DNA from: Deltaproteobacteria bacterium
Lineage (GTDB): Bacteria; Myxococcota; Kuafuiibacteriia; Kuafuiibacteriales; Kuafuiibacteriaceae
Reading direction: 5' to 3'
DNA length: 64,000 nt
Assembly (NCBI GenBank): GCA_040218735.1
Contig: JAVJQW010000040.1
Span: 1 to 64,000, forward strand
Shown here: piece after piece, positions 1-10,009 of the stretch
Layout: the number at the start of each line of letters is the position of its first letter
Position numbering within the stretch: the stretch's first letter is position 1
The notes under the pieces: model-generated
What the model was told of the DNA's origin: nothing
Seen by the model: only the letters and a program-made list of their open reading frames with translations
Databases searched by the model: none
Position numbers and translations under genes: made by a program

Positions 1-341
1 GGTCGTCGCCGGAACGGTCCCACGGACCACCGCGGCGGCATCGAGATCCCAGCCAACGATCCCGTTCTGGCAGCTTGGGATCTGAGGTCGAGAAAACGGA
101 CGAACGGGCGTCAGGCCGGGATGGGATCGAGAGACGAGACACCATCCTCGCACGCGCTCGGCGGAACGAACCAGCGCATCCACATCGAGGTCGCACGTCT
201 GTAGTGATCGGATATCGGACCGATGTTTGTGTTAGCCCTCCGGCGCCGCCCGACCGACTTTCCTTCCACGCAGTCCGAAGAGCCTCGTGAGCAACGGCGG
301 CCCCCATCAGAAGTGCGGAGTTGCCAAACGCACGGTCGGCA

Positions 342-640
342 GTGCGTGCTCGCCCGAGCGCCCGTTGACCGAGGTCCCAGTATGCGCGTTCCGCGGAAGC
401 CGCGATCATTCCATTTCGTGAGGCAGAGGGACGGTTGGGCCGGCGAGGTGGTGCTCGATGCCTTCGCGGAGGGTAGCCCCGACGGGGGAATGCGGTTGAG
501 CTTTCAGCTCCCGATATGTGTGTAGAAAACCTCCGCGACCTCCATGCCGCGCTCCGAGTGTGAGCTGAGCGGGTCTTCCGCCCGAGAACGGCCGCTGGCA
601 AAGCGCGTTCGGCGGCATTCGTAGTTATCGCGATCCTCGC
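342..640 (-). pseudogene. Degenerate 3' remnant of an IS66 transposase (TnpC) with putative right end
   Basis: Minus-strand pieces in shifting frames read ITTNAAERALPAAVLGRK / SERGMEVAEVFYT / HHLAGPTVPLPHEME*, collinear with the C-terminus of the adjacent IS66 copy (MTSNAAERALRGLVLGRS / SQRGTEAAAIFYS / AHLADQTVPLPHELA*). Confidence 0.8.
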
Positions 641-675
641 TACAGCACCGGCAGTGAACGACGTTCGCGGGGTAC

Positions 676-1935
676 GCCTCCGAAGAAGGCCAAGACGAAG
701 CAGAAGGGGCACGGGCCATCTCCGCAGCCCGAGCTCCTGCAGGAGCTCGTCGAACACGACCTCGACGACGCCGACAAAGTCTGCCCGACCTGCGGGCTCG
801 ACCTCGTCGAATTCGAAGGTCAGTACGTCGAGTCCGAAGGGGTCGACGTCGTTGGTCTGCAGTACGTCCTCAAGAAGCATCGAAGGAAGAAGTACCGTTT
901 GCCAATGCGGCTGCACCGTCGAGACTGCGGAGCCGCCGGCGCGATTGATTCCGGGCGGGCGCTACAGCACGGAGTTCGCCGTCCACGTCGCCGCGGACAA
1001 ATACGACGGCCACCTTCCGCTCGAGCGTCAGGCACGGCGGATGCGCCGCAGCGGCCTCACGGTGACGTCGCAGACGCTGTGGGATCAAACTTGGGCGCTC
1101 GCGGGCTGTTTCCGCGATGCGATCGATCGCCTGCGCCAGTACCTGCTGAGCAAGGAGTTGCTGCTCGCGGACGAGTCGCGTTGGCCGCTGCTGGGCGCGA
1201 AAGGTCGTAAGACGAAGAACTGGTTCGCGTGGACGCTCGCGTCGGAGGACGCCATCCTCCACCGGATTGAGGACACCCGCTCGAACGAGGCCTGCCGGTC
1301 GCTGCTCACCGGCTTCCGCGGCGTGCTCGTGACCGATGGCTACGTGGTCTACAAGAGCCTCGCGACCGAGATCGGGTACGTGCAGGCGCACCGTTGGAGC
1401 CACGCGCGTCGAAAGTTCATCGAGGCGGAGCCTTCGGCGTCGGACCTCTCAGCCAACTTCCTCGACGATATCGGCGAACTGTTCGGGATCGAACGCACCC
1501 TCGCCGAGCGCACGCTCGATCTGCCACCTGTCGAGGCCGTCCGTCTTCGAGAGCAGGTCCGCGACGAAGCAGAGTCGCGCGGTCGTGAACCGCATCGGCC
1601 GCCGAGCGATGGAGGCGAAGGTGCTCCCGCGAAGTCCTATCGCCCAGGCGATTAAGTACCTCGAGAACCGCTGGGACGGACTCGTGCGCTTCGTCGACGA
1701 CGGCCGCGTACCGATGACCTCGAACGCGGCCGAACGCGCTCTACGCGGGCTCGTCCTCGGACGCTCGAATCACATCGGCTCGCGCTCGCAGCGCGGAACA
1801 GAAGCGGCGGCGATCTTCTACTCGCTGATCGAGAGCGCGAAGCTGAACGACCTCGACCCCATCGCCTACCTCCGGACTGCCGCCGCCGCTCACCTGGCTG
1901 ATCAGACGGTGCCCCTCCCGCACGAACTCGCCTGA
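676..1935 (+). pseudogene. tnpC: IS66 family transposase TnpC, 5'-truncated, with two frameshifts (~898 and ~1570)
   Basis: KGHGPSPQPEL..CPTCG..KHRRKKYR, then CQCGC..KYDGHLPLERQ..LADES..VTDGY..WSHARRKF, then AIKYLENRW..SNAAERALR..FYSLIESAKLNDLDP: typical IS66 motifs spread across ORFs 654..1655 and 1336..1935. Confidence 0.92.
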
Positions 1936-2007
1936 GCACGCGGCCTCGCAACCTACTTCACCGCGCGCTCATTCACCCTGATGGGACGTCAAAGCAAGAC
2001 GCTCCAC

Positions 2008-2020
2008 GGCCAGGACGTAC
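2008..2020 (+). mobile_element. Putative IS66 right terminal inverted repeat
   Basis: GGCCAGGACGTAC ends 85 bp after the tnpC stop; 10/13 match to the reverse complement of 342..354, which lies downstream of the minus-strand remnant. Confidence 0.5.
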
Positions 2021-2158
2021 ACCAGACCGTGCGGAGCTGGACGGAATGGAACGGTGCAATCGGGAACGGATCGGAAGTCGCAGTGCTTGGAATCGCGATG
2101 CAATGCATCCCAAGAGTGCGTGATGCATGGTGAGTTGCGTTTCCCCGGCGGCGTGGTT

Positions 2159-2194
2159 CAAGTCCCTCTTCGGGATCTCCGGAAGAGGGACTTG
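2159..2194. repeat. Inverted repeat / hairpin
   Basis: Perfect 13-bp arms CAAGTCCCTCTTC and GAAGAGGGACTTG. Confidence 0.7.
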
Positions 2195-2448
2195 GTCACG
2201 GCGGCGCCCAGCGCTAAGGGCGCTGGCGCGCCCTTCGCGCTGGTCGACGCCTTAGCGCAAGTCCGCGCGACTCGTTGACTGGAGGGGGACGTGGCTGCCC
2301 GGCGGCTCGGGGCTGTGGACCTTCGCGCTGGTCGACGCCTCGCTCGAAGTCCCACGGCGACCCCAGCGCACCGTTCGACGTGATTCCGGCGAACTGTCGG
2401 GGTGAGCTTTGGGTTGTGGCGCCCGGGCGGACCTCTCAGGATCGCGGT

Positions 2449-3399
2449 ATGGCGTCCACGTCGCCGATACCTCGCGTGGCGTTGAATGCCGCCGACGCCG
2501 GCGAACGCCTGCTCGATGCGATGAGCCACGTCGGATTCGTGGCCATCGTGAATCACGGTGTTGCGCCCGAGGTCGTCAACGCAGCTTGCGCAGCAGCGGA
2601 CGCCTTCTTCGCGCTGCCGGCTGACGCAAAACGTAGAGTCACCACGCGCCGCTTCGAACCCACCGCCCTCAATGCGTACCGCGGCTACTTTCCGAGCAAC
2701 GTCAACGGCAAGGAGGGCTTCGACCTCGGCGAGCCGGACTTGCCGTCGGCCATGACGGGGCGCTTCGTCGAGCGCAACCACTTCCCCGACGAGCTCGCGC
2801 CGGTCCACCGTGCCGCGCTCGCGTCCTACTTCGCCGCGATGGCCGAGCTCGGCGAGCGCATCATCCGTTCGCTCGTCGCGGAGTTGGGCGGTGCCCCCGC
2901 TCGCATCGCGAGCGCGTTCGCGCGTCCCCGCGCGCTGTCCACGTTGAGGCTCAACCGCTACCCCGAACACACACCCGCATGGGGATGCTCGCCCGACGAC
3001 GGGGCGCCCCTCGCCTGCGAGGAGCACGTCGACAGCGGCTTCGTGACGATCGTGCACCAAGACCAACGCGGAGGACTCGAAGTTCGGTCGGACGACGGCG
3101 TGTGGACACCGGTCGAGCCGGACCCCAGCTGATTCGTCGTGAACACGGGCCTCGCGCTGTGTCGCATCACGAATGGGCGGCTCGCCGCTACGCGACATCG
3201 CGTCCGCCACGCAGAGACGGCGCGGCGCTCGATCCCCTTCTTCCTGGAGCCGCGCGCGGACTTCGTCGTGGCGCCGTCGTCCGTGGGGTTGCCGGGTCAC
3301 GAGGACGGCGCACCGACGTACGAGAGCTTTCTCGCGACGTCGCTCGCAAAGTTCGGCGAGTACGCTAGTTCGACCTCAGCCTCGTCGCGGCCGTCGTAA
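2449..3399 (+). pseudogene. 2OG-Fe(II) oxygenase (isopenicillin N synthase-like) interrupted by in-frame TGA at 3130..3132
   Basis: GFVAIVNHGV, FFALP, YRGY, KEGFD, LRLNRYP, HVDSG (HxD), GGLEV, then DPS*FVVNTG, HRV, RRSIPFF. ORFs 2275..3132 and 3139..3399 are in the same frame. Confidence 0.85.
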
Positions 3400-4642
3400 T
3401 CGCATCGACGACGTCCTGGGAGAATCCAAGCGCGAAGTAGAACCGGGGAAGACGGTCGGTGTCCGTCTCTAACGGAACTCCGTTTCGAGCCAACGTTCGG
3501 TTCGTAAGGCTAGGCGGTAGACGGACGATATTCACGAGCGCAACGCCGGCCCCCAGTGAAATTCCCGTTACCGGCTCGATGACTCCCCCGAAGTAGACTT
3601 CGTCGCCTGGGTTCCGTAGATCGAAGGAAGTTCCGATCTGAAGCCCGAACATGTCACGAGCGTCGAAGCCGCCGTCGAACGCAGACAACCGACGCTTGCG
3701 ACGTCCGCTGTAGAGCGTTACTCCGAATGCGGGAATGATGCGCCAATCCTCGTCTTCCTCGAGCAGACGATCGTCGGACCCTTCGAGCGGAATCGTCTGG
3801 ACGGTCGTCTGTCCGCGATAAACGAACGGGAGCAGAAGGTTGAACGAGAAGTAGTAGCGTCCATGATTGACCTGGAGCGTGACCTGGCCCGTCTTCTTCG
3901 CTCCCGAGTCCCCATTCTCGTACACCTCCACGTCGATGTAATCGGTGGTGGAGCCAACGGTCAGCGCCTTCTCGTCTTGCAGTTTGTAGAGGTCTGTCTT
4001 GGCGGAGCTGAGCGCTTCCGCCTTGAAAAGCGAGTCCTTGCTGGTGCGCTGGTTCACGGTGAGTGCAAATCCATCCGACGTCTGGTCGCCGAAGAGTTTG
4101 ACGACGATTCTGTCGTCGACGTTCAGCTCCGGTATCCGCTCGCCGTGGATCGGCCTCGCGTTAGTCGTGATGCAGATGGTCCAGGAGTCACTGCATCCCG
4201 CGTCGACGAAGATCTTGGCCTCCTCGGCCGTTCGCGCGTAGACCTCCACGCGTCGGACGATCTCCCCGAGCTCATCGAGGGCCGATTCTGCCGCAATCAA
4301 CGACTCCTTTACGTTTGAGCTGAGCGCGGTGACCGACTTCCTTTTTTCCTCGATCTTCGAACGTACTCCACTGGCCATCGTTTCCAGCTTCTCCCGCGCG
4401 TCAATCGCCTCGCGCGCCTCGTCCTTCTTCGCGCAGGCCTCTCTGGCGACGCTCACGATCTTGTCGATCTCTTTCTGCAGCTCCCCGAGGGATATCTTTG
4501 CGAGCTCCACGGAATCCGGGTCGCAATCGAGTGGCTCGATCGCCGGCGGTACGCTTGAGATCTGCGGCGCGACGCGGGTCGATCCGCACGCGACACAGAG
4601 GTGCAGAATGAGGAACCAGAGGCAACGTTCGGAACTCATCAT
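3365..4642 (-). CDS. Hypothetical lipoprotein: coiled-coil N-terminal half, beta-rich C-terminal half
   Basis: Start MMSSERCLWFLILHLCVAC (lipobox-like); ATGA overlap with the upstream stop and GGAGG RBS at 4646..4650; visibly more A/T-rich than the flanks. Confidence 0.75.
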   Translation of the reverse strand: MMSSERCLWFLILHLCVACGSTRVAPQISSVPPAIEPLDCDPDSVELAKISLGELQKEIDKIVSVAREACAKKDEAREAIDAREKLETMASGVRSKIEEKRKSVTALSSNVKESLIAAESALDELGEIVRRVEVYARTAEEAKIFVDAGCSDSWTICITTNARPIHGERIPELNVDDRIVVKLFGDQTSDGFALTVNQRTSKDSLFKAEALSSAKTDLYKLQDEKALTVGSTTDYIDVEVYENGDSGAKKTGQVTLQVNHGRYYFSFNLLLPFVYRGQTTVQTIPLEGSDDRLLEEDEDWRIIPAFGVTLYSGRRKRRLSAFDGGFDARDMFGLQIGTSFDLRNPGDEVYFGGVIEPVTGISLGAGVALVNIVRLPPSLTNRTLARNGVPLETDTDRLPRFYFALGFSQDVVDAITTAATRLRSN

Positions 4643-5235
4643 GTACCTCCGTCTCGCGCAGCGTCGGCGCCACCGTCTCGAGTAGCGGTGGCGCCACCGT
4701 CTCGCGTGGATCCGCCTCCATCGCGAAGTGAAACTCCGCCATCGACGTCGACCGACTGGCCGCCGTCGACTACGCCGCTGTCTGGCCCGCCTGCATCGCG
4801 ACTCGGGCGATCTCCGCGTGCGATGGCGAGTACGCGCGCTCGAAGGGCAATCCCCTCGCAGTTGTCTTCGGTCCCGAACCTCGAGAAGAGCGTCGCCTCG
4901 ACGACGGCACCGCTCTCGGATGGGAGAACCGTAAAGAAGCGTACCGCGCCTTCCGGAAGAACGATCGCGCCTTCCGGAGCGGTCGCCGGTCCGCTGATGT
5001 CCACACACGACACGCTTTGCGTCGCGGTGCTCGATGGCGCGACGTGTACGCCGCCTTGGGTACGCAGCTCGAGCGCGGTGCCACCTCGGGCGTGTGCAGC
5101 GACGATGACCCGCCCCGAATCAGCCGGCGGCTGCGTGTTCGAGAGCGTAAGTATGAGGAACGCCCGTTGGACGTCTTCCTCCGTCGACTCGCAGGCGGCC
5201 GCCAAAGCGGCGATGGCGAGCAGCGCTGCCCGCAT
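4639..5235 (-). CDS. Hypothetical lipoprotein with C-terminal RDGG/DAG repeats
   Basis: MRAALLAIAALAAAC lipobox; tail RDAGGPDSGVVDGG..RDGGGSTRDGGATATRDGGADAARDGGT. Confidence 0.75.
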   Translation of the reverse strand: MRAALLAIAALAAACESTEEDVQRAFLILTLSNTQPPADSGRVIVAAHARGGTALELRTQGGVHVAPSSTATQSVSCVDISGPATAPEGAIVLPEGAVRFFTVLPSESGAVVEATLFSRFGTEDNCEGIALRARVLAIARGDRPSRDAGGPDSGVVDGGQSVDVDGGVSLRDGGGSTRDGGATATRDGGADAARDGGT

Positions 5236-5409
5236 TCGAGTCACTCGTGTCCTCGAACGCCGGACGCACGTCAGATCGGAGCAGACTGGCACTGCCTCGC
5301 TCTACGACTCGAGAGCACCAGTTCTCTCGTCGTCTCGTCAGAAACCTGCCAAGCGTTTCGCGGCTCGGTGCGCGTCGAGTGATGAAACTCGGTCTCGGGG
5401 TACGAGGTC

Positions 5410-5429
5410 GAAGGACTTCGCGTTCCGCG
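5410..5429 (+). repeat. Dispersed repeat, copy 1
   Basis: GAAGGACTTCGCGTTCCGCG is identical to 5991..6010. Confidence 0.8.
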
Positions 5430-5486
5430 TGGGCCTCCGCGCGGTCGATCCGGCTACGTTGAGATCGCCCTGTCTCCGCGCCGATC

Positions 5487-5969
5487 TCAATCCACCGGCG
5501 CGACGCTCACCCACTCGATCGCGTGCGTCGTCTTCTCGATGCCGAGCAGAACACCGGCGCCGACGTCGACCACGTCCCAGGTCTCGACGGGGCGCGACCA
5601 GGCACCGTCGCTGGTGAACGACACGACGAGGTGACCCAGTCCGTCCGCGAAGGTCGCGGCTCCCGGCATGTCGAAGGTCTCGAGATGGACGTCGCCAGGC
5701 GCCGCCGCCGACTCGAACGCCTCCCGAAGGCCTACCGTGGGGGTCGCGTCCTCGGCGCCGACCCAGTCGAGGCAGATGGCGACGATACGCCGATCTTCGT
5801 CCGTGAAGATCTCGCTGCTCAGCCCCTTGACCCCCGCGGTCCGACCCTGCCGCGCGTCGCTGCCGGCGAGAGTGATACACAGATGGCGCCCTTTCGCGCG
5901 CTGCCAGTCAGCCGAACGCGGCGCGACGCGCGTGACGATATGCGCCCGGAGCGGTCCCCGCTTCCCCAC
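5487..5969 (-). CDS. Hypothetical acidic protein (start uncertain)
   Basis: The C-terminal ~115 aa look protein-like (EIFTDEDRRIVAICLDW..GVLLGIE); lies between two 20-bp direct repeats. Confidence 0.45.
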   Translation of the reverse strand: MGKRGPLRAHIVTRVAPRSADWQRAKGRHLCITLAGSDARQGRTAGVKGLSSEIFTDEDRRIVAICLDWVGAEDATPTVGLREAFESAAAPGDVHLETFDMPGAATFADGLGHLVVSFTSDGAWSRPVETWDVVDVGAGVLLGIEKTTHAIEWVSVAPVD

Positions 5970-5986
5970 GCCGATAGGCTAACCAA

Positions 5987-6018
5987 AGTTGAAGGACTTC
6001 GCGTTCCGCGGGATCATC
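5987..6018 (+). repeat. Dispersed repeat, copy 2
   Basis: AGTTGAAGGACTTCGCGTTCCGCGGGATCATC; 27/32 identical to 11125..11156. Confidence 0.8.
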
Positions 6019-6035
6019 AGCCTTCGGGTCACCCG

Positions 6036-6150
6036 TGCCGCAGGGACGACGCGATGACGGAGTCGAGCCGCGGGGGCGAGGATGCCGGGGTAGCGGACGA
6101 GGTGGAGGTTGGGGGGGCGGAACCTGCCAGGCGAGGCGGCGAATGGCCAT
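6036..6150 (-). pseudogene. Fragment of an IS91-like (Y2, rolling-circle) transposase
   Basis: MAIRRLAWQVPPP, frameshift in the G7 run at 6111..6117, then LHLVRYPGILAPAARLRHRVVP; matches the Y2 transposase motif RLAALVPPPRxHLVRYHGVLAP..LR..VVP. Confidence 0.7.
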
Positions 6151-6457
6151 AACGCCCTCCCGCTTCGCGGGAGCGCTTGGCGCAGCCCTCGGACACGCCG
6201 CATTCGCGGCGCGCCTCGGTCTCGAGCCACCCGTCCTCGAGGATCACGAGGCGATCACCGTCTTCGAGGTCTTCGACGTTCACGAAGCGACCGATGACCG
6301 CGCCCTGGTAGGGTCCACGCAGTTCGCTCATGATGAGGGACCTGCGCTCGCTGGATCCCGTCTACCCCCGACAGCGTGATTGATGTCCGACGACCCGTTG
6401 TCCTGCTAAGATCTTCGTCGCCGACGTAGCGGGCCGCTCCGCGCGCTCGGCCTACAG

Positions 6458-8005
6458 ATGCAGGCCTTCGCGGAGACGCTCCTCGCCCAGCTCGGCGCGT
6501 GTTACACGCTGGTGGTCGTGATTGCGGGCGGCGTGGCGTGGATCGCCAGCCGGCGCGCCGACCTCGGATCTCGCCGTCGGCTGAGACCGATCGCCGTCCT
6601 CGTCATCCTTCACATCGCGTTCGTCCTCGCGAGCGCGGCCTCCGTCGTGTTCGAGGTGCGGCTCGCGTCGACCTTACGCATCGCCGCCCTCGCGGTGGGG
6701 GGGATCGTGGTGGTGGGCATCGCGGTGTTCGGCGCGTTTGCTGCGATGGCTCGGCTCGGTTGGCCGGCGCCGCCCATCTTCCGGGATGTCGTCGCCGGTT
6801 TGGCGTTGTTCGCGACGTTGATCGCGGTCGCCGGCTACATGGGTATCGACGTCACGGGATTCGTCGCGACCTCCGCCGTACTCACCGCGGTGATCGGCCT
6901 CGCGCTCCAGGACACACTCGGGAATCTGGTGGCTGGCCTCGTCCTTCAGTCCGAGAGCTCCGTGAGCCTGGGGGACTGGGTCAAGGTCGGCGCCCACGTC
7001 GGACGCGTCGTCGACATGCGCTGGCGGTACACCGCAATCCTCACGCGCAACGGCGAAACCGTCTTCGTGCCCAACGGGAAGCTCGTCAAAGACGACGTGG
7101 TGCGGCTCGGCCGCGTCGAGGGCTCGTCGACGCAGTGGCGACGTTGGATCTATTTCAACGTCGACTTCCGGTTCGCGCCGCAGGACGTCATCACGACCGT
7201 TCAATCCGCGCTCGCGGCCGCCTCGATCAAAGGTGTCTCTCGAACCCCGGAACCCACCTGCGTGCTCATGGGATTCGAAGAGAGCTACGGACGCTTCGCC
7301 GTGCGCTACTGGCTGACCGATCTCCTCAACGACGATCCGACGGACAGCCTGGTTCGAACGCACGTCTACGCGGCGTTGAAACGCGCCGCCATTCCGATGT
7401 CGATGCCGGCGGAGGCTCGATTCATCACGAAGGAGACCGAGCATCGCCGCACGCGGAAAGCCGAAGCCGACGTGATGACGATGGTGCGGGCGCTGTCGGA
7501 CATCGAGTTGTTTCGGGAGCTCGACGCGACCGAGCGACGCGAGCTCGCTTCCGCCATGACGTACGCGCCGTTCGCCGCCGGGGAGACGATGAGTCGGTAC
7601 GGCGCCACCGCGAACTGGCTCTACTTGATCACGGAGGGCCAGGCGTCCGTACGCACGGGCACAGGGCCACATCCGGACGCAGAGGTCGCACGGCTGTCCG
7701 CGGGTGAGTTCTTCGGGGAGATGTCATTGCTGACCGGGGCGCCGCGAGAAGTCACCGTCGTCGCCGTGACCGACGTCGAGTGTTTTCGACTCGGCCGTGG
7801 AGCGTTCTCGACCCTGCTCACGCGGCGCCCGGAGATCGCGGAGCGTGTGGCCACGCTCTTGGCCGAACGCCAGCGCGCGCTTCAACAGGCGCGGGAAGCC
7901 GTAGCCACGGAGACGACCATCGCCCCCGACCCCGACGCCAACGTGATCCTCCGAGCCATCCGCCGGTTCTTCGGCCTGGGCGGTGAGGAGCAGACTCCGC
8001 AGTGA
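6458..8005 (+). CDS. MscS-family mechanosensitive channel with C-terminal cyclic-nucleotide-binding domain
   Basis: TM helices, SAVLTAVIGLALQDTLGNLVAG, GDWVKVG, VFVPNG; cNMP motif LSAGEFFGEMSLLTGAPR. Confidence 0.92.
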   Translation: MQAFAETLLAQLGACYTLVVVIAGGVAWIASRRADLGSRRRLRPIAVLVILHIAFVLASAASVVFEVRLASTLRIAALAVGGIVVVGIAVFGAFAAMARLGWPAPPIFRDVVAGLALFATLIAVAGYMGIDVTGFVATSAVLTAVIGLALQDTLGNLVAGLVLQSESSVSLGDWVKVGAHVGRVVDMRWRYTAILTRNGETVFVPNGKLVKDDVVRLGRVEGSSTQWRRWIYFNVDFRFAPQDVITTVQSALAAASIKGVSRTPEPTCVLMGFEESYGRFAVRYWLTDLLNDDPTDSLVRTHVYAALKRAAIPMSMPAEARFITKETEHRRTRKAEADVMTMVRALSDIELFRELDATERRELASAMTYAPFAAGETMSRYGATANWLYLITEGQASVRTGTGPHPDAEVARLSAGEFFGEMSLLTGAPREVTVVAVTDVECFRLGRGAFSTLLTRRPEIAERVATLLAERQRALQQAREAVATETTIAPDPDANVILRAIRRFFGLGGEEQTPQ

Positions 8006-8016
8006 GCCTGACGCGC

Positions 8017-8850
8017 TCAGGCCTCACTCCCCCCGACCTCGACGCGGTCGTCCGCCCGCACGTAGAGCACGCAGGCTCGCTCGACGCTGCATCCGAGCTC
8101 CAGCGCGCCGCTCGTGCCGGCATGGCTCCCCGGCGTCAGCGCCACCGGCTCGGACCCGCCGTGCTCCGCGGTACCGACGATGACCACGACGCGCAACTCG
8201 AGACCGCGCAAGGTGGCGGACGCGCCCGCGGGGATCGCGACGAACAGGCCGTTCGGTCCGTCGTCCGGCGCACCCCACAGATACGCGACCTTCGGACCAT
8301 CGAGCACGTCGTCCGGATGGTGCCAGACGACGTTGGAGGCGTGGACGTTCACGGGGTACTCCGTGCTGGGCGTCGCCTCGTCGGTCGGTTGCACGAGGTA
8401 GGGGCCGTCGTCGATCTCGACGTACGCGATCGTTGCGCTGCCCCGCGCCGAGGTGATGTGCGCGGCGCCCTTCGGCTGGGTCCAGAAGGAGCCCGCCGGC
8501 ATCCACATCGACTCGGCGGCGGGATCGTCGTTGTGGACCAGCCCCTCGATGACGACGCCACGGTAGGTGACGTTGTGAATGTGCGGGGGTGACGAGAACC
8601 CGTCCGCGAACCGTGCGAGGAAGCCGGACGGGCCGCGTTCCTTTCGATCCCCCCACAGGTCGGCCGCGCCGGGGCTCCTGTCGCCGCGCGCGGGGTTGAG
8701 GTGCCCCCAGACGACGTCGGACGCCGCGAGGATCCTCACGGGCCCGTCCGGTTCGGGGCGGGCCTCGGCGACGGTCGAGGTCGCACCGGCGCACCCCACC
8801 GCGAGCATGATGATCGTACAGCTCAGGATCTCACGCATCACTTCACGCAC
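8017..8850 (-). CDS. DUF4437-like double-cupin lipoprotein (start may be ATG 8838)
   Basis: LAVGC lipobox; [53 protein letters not shown]. Confidence 0.85.
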   Translation of the reverse strand: MREVMREILSCTIIMLAVGCAGATSTVAEARPEPDGPVRILAASDVVWGHLNPARGDRSPGAADLWGDRKERGPSGFLARFADGFSSPPHIHNVTYRGVVIEGLVHNDDPAAESMWMPAGSFWTQPKGAAHITSARGSATIAYVEIDDGPYLVQPTDEATPSTEYPVNVHASNVVWHHPDDVLDGPKVAYLWGAPDDGPNGLFVAIPAGASATLRGLELRVVVIVGTAEHGGSEPVALTPGSHAGTSGALELGCSVERACVLYVRADDRVEVGGSEA

Positions 8851-8893
8851 CCAGATTGCTTGGAAGCCGATCGACTCGACGAGTCGGATTCGC

Positions 8894-9925
8894 TCAGGCC
8901 TCGAAGCCGCTCAGGACGACCTTGCCGCGGGCGCCGCCGCGCTCCAGCAGCGCGTGGGCCTGCCGCAGGTTGTCGGCGGTGATTGCGCCGAGGTTCTGCG
9001 TCATCGTCGTCTTCAGGACGCCGGCGTCGACCAGCGTCGCGACCTCGGCGAGGAGCTTCCCTTGAGCATCGAGATCCGGCGTGCCGAACATCGAGCGGCT
9101 GAACATGAACTCCCAGTGCACCGACAGGCTCTTCCGCTTCATCGGCATCACGTCGAGCGAAGGCGGGTCGTCGATCAAGGCGAGCTCTCCGAACGGCGCG
9201 AGCACGTCGATGAACTGGTCGAGGTACTGGTCGGTGTGCGTCAGGCTCGCGACGTGTGTCACCGCGGGCACGCCGAGGTCCGCGAGTTGGGGTGCCAGCG
9301 GATGTCGATAGTCGACGACGTGATGCGCGCCGAGCGACGTCACCCACTCCCGGCTCGCGGACCGTCCGGCCGTCGCGACGACGGTCGCCCCGGTGAGTCG
9401 TGAAGCGAGCTGCACGAGGATCGATCCCACGCCGCCGGCCGCGCCCGAGATCAAGAGGACGTCGCCTTGGGGCTGCTTGCCCGGCGCAATGTGGAGTCGC
9501 TCGAACAGCAGCTCCCAGGCCGTGATCGCTGTGAGGGGGAGCGCGGCGGCTTCGGCCGCGCCGAGCGAAGTGGGCGCGTGCGAAGCGAGCCGCGCATCGA
9601 CACACTGAAGCGCTGCATTCGAGCCGGGGCGCTCGAGCGCACCCGCGTACCAGACACGTGCCCCGATCTCGAAGCCGCGGACCGATGCACCCGTCGCGAC
9701 CACGGTTCCGACGGCGTCCCACCCGAGCACCCGCGGCGACGTCGGCTTCACACCTCGCCGAATCTTGAAGTCGACCGGGTTGACCGAGACCGCCTCGACC
9801 CGGACCAGCAGGTCGTTCGGCCCCGGCTCGGGCGCCGGCAGCGTCGTCTCGACGAGCGCCTCGGGGTGGTCGATTGGAAGAGGATCGTTGTAGACGATGG
9901 CTTTCATGGAGTTCGTCTCGCTCAT
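8894..9925 (-). CDS. Zinc-type alcohol dehydrogenase-like / NADPH:quinone oxidoreductase (MDR superfamily)
   Basis: [54 protein letters not shown]. Confidence 0.93.
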   Translation of the reverse strand: MSETNSMKAIVYNDPLPIDHPEALVETTLPAPEPGPNDLLVRVEAVSVNPVDFKIRRGVKPTSPRVLGWDAVGTVVATGASVRGFEIGARVWYAGALERPGSNAALQCVDARLASHAPTSLGAAEAAALPLTAITAWELLFERLHIAPGKQPQGDVLLISGAAGGVGSILVQLASRLTGATVVATAGRSASREWVTSLGAHHVVDYRHPLAPQLADLGVPAVTHVASLTHTDQYLDQFIDVLAPFGELALIDDPPSLDVMPMKRKSLSVHWEFMFSRSMFGTPDLDAQGKLLAEVATLVDAGVLKTTMTQNLGAITADNLRQAHALLERGGARGKVVLSGFEA

Positions 9926-9983
9926 GTCCACGGGTATACGGCCCGATTCGGACGATGGCGAGGCGTTGGAGATTGCATCAGTT

Positions 9984-10002
9984 TCAACGAAACGTTGATA
10001 AT
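9984..10002. promoter_or_regulatory. Palindromic operator overlapping the -10 element of lysR (candidate LysR site)
   Basis: TCAACG-AAA-CGTTGA between the divergent MDR and lysR genes; GATAAT (9997..10002) lies 7 nt before the TTG start. Confidence 0.6.
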
Positions 10003-10009
10003 CCGAGGG

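Noticed and set aside
2155-2180. GGTTCAAGTCCCTCTTCGGG resembles a tRNA T-loop/3' end (possible att site)
   Set aside because: No T-stem 5' arm, no cloverleaf, no CCA and no integrase nearby; it is explained as one arm of an inverted repeat.
6029-6331. ORF starting MSELRGPYQGAVIGRF
   Set aside because: Only the first ~38 aa look protein-like before running into the transposase scrap; cannot be assigned.
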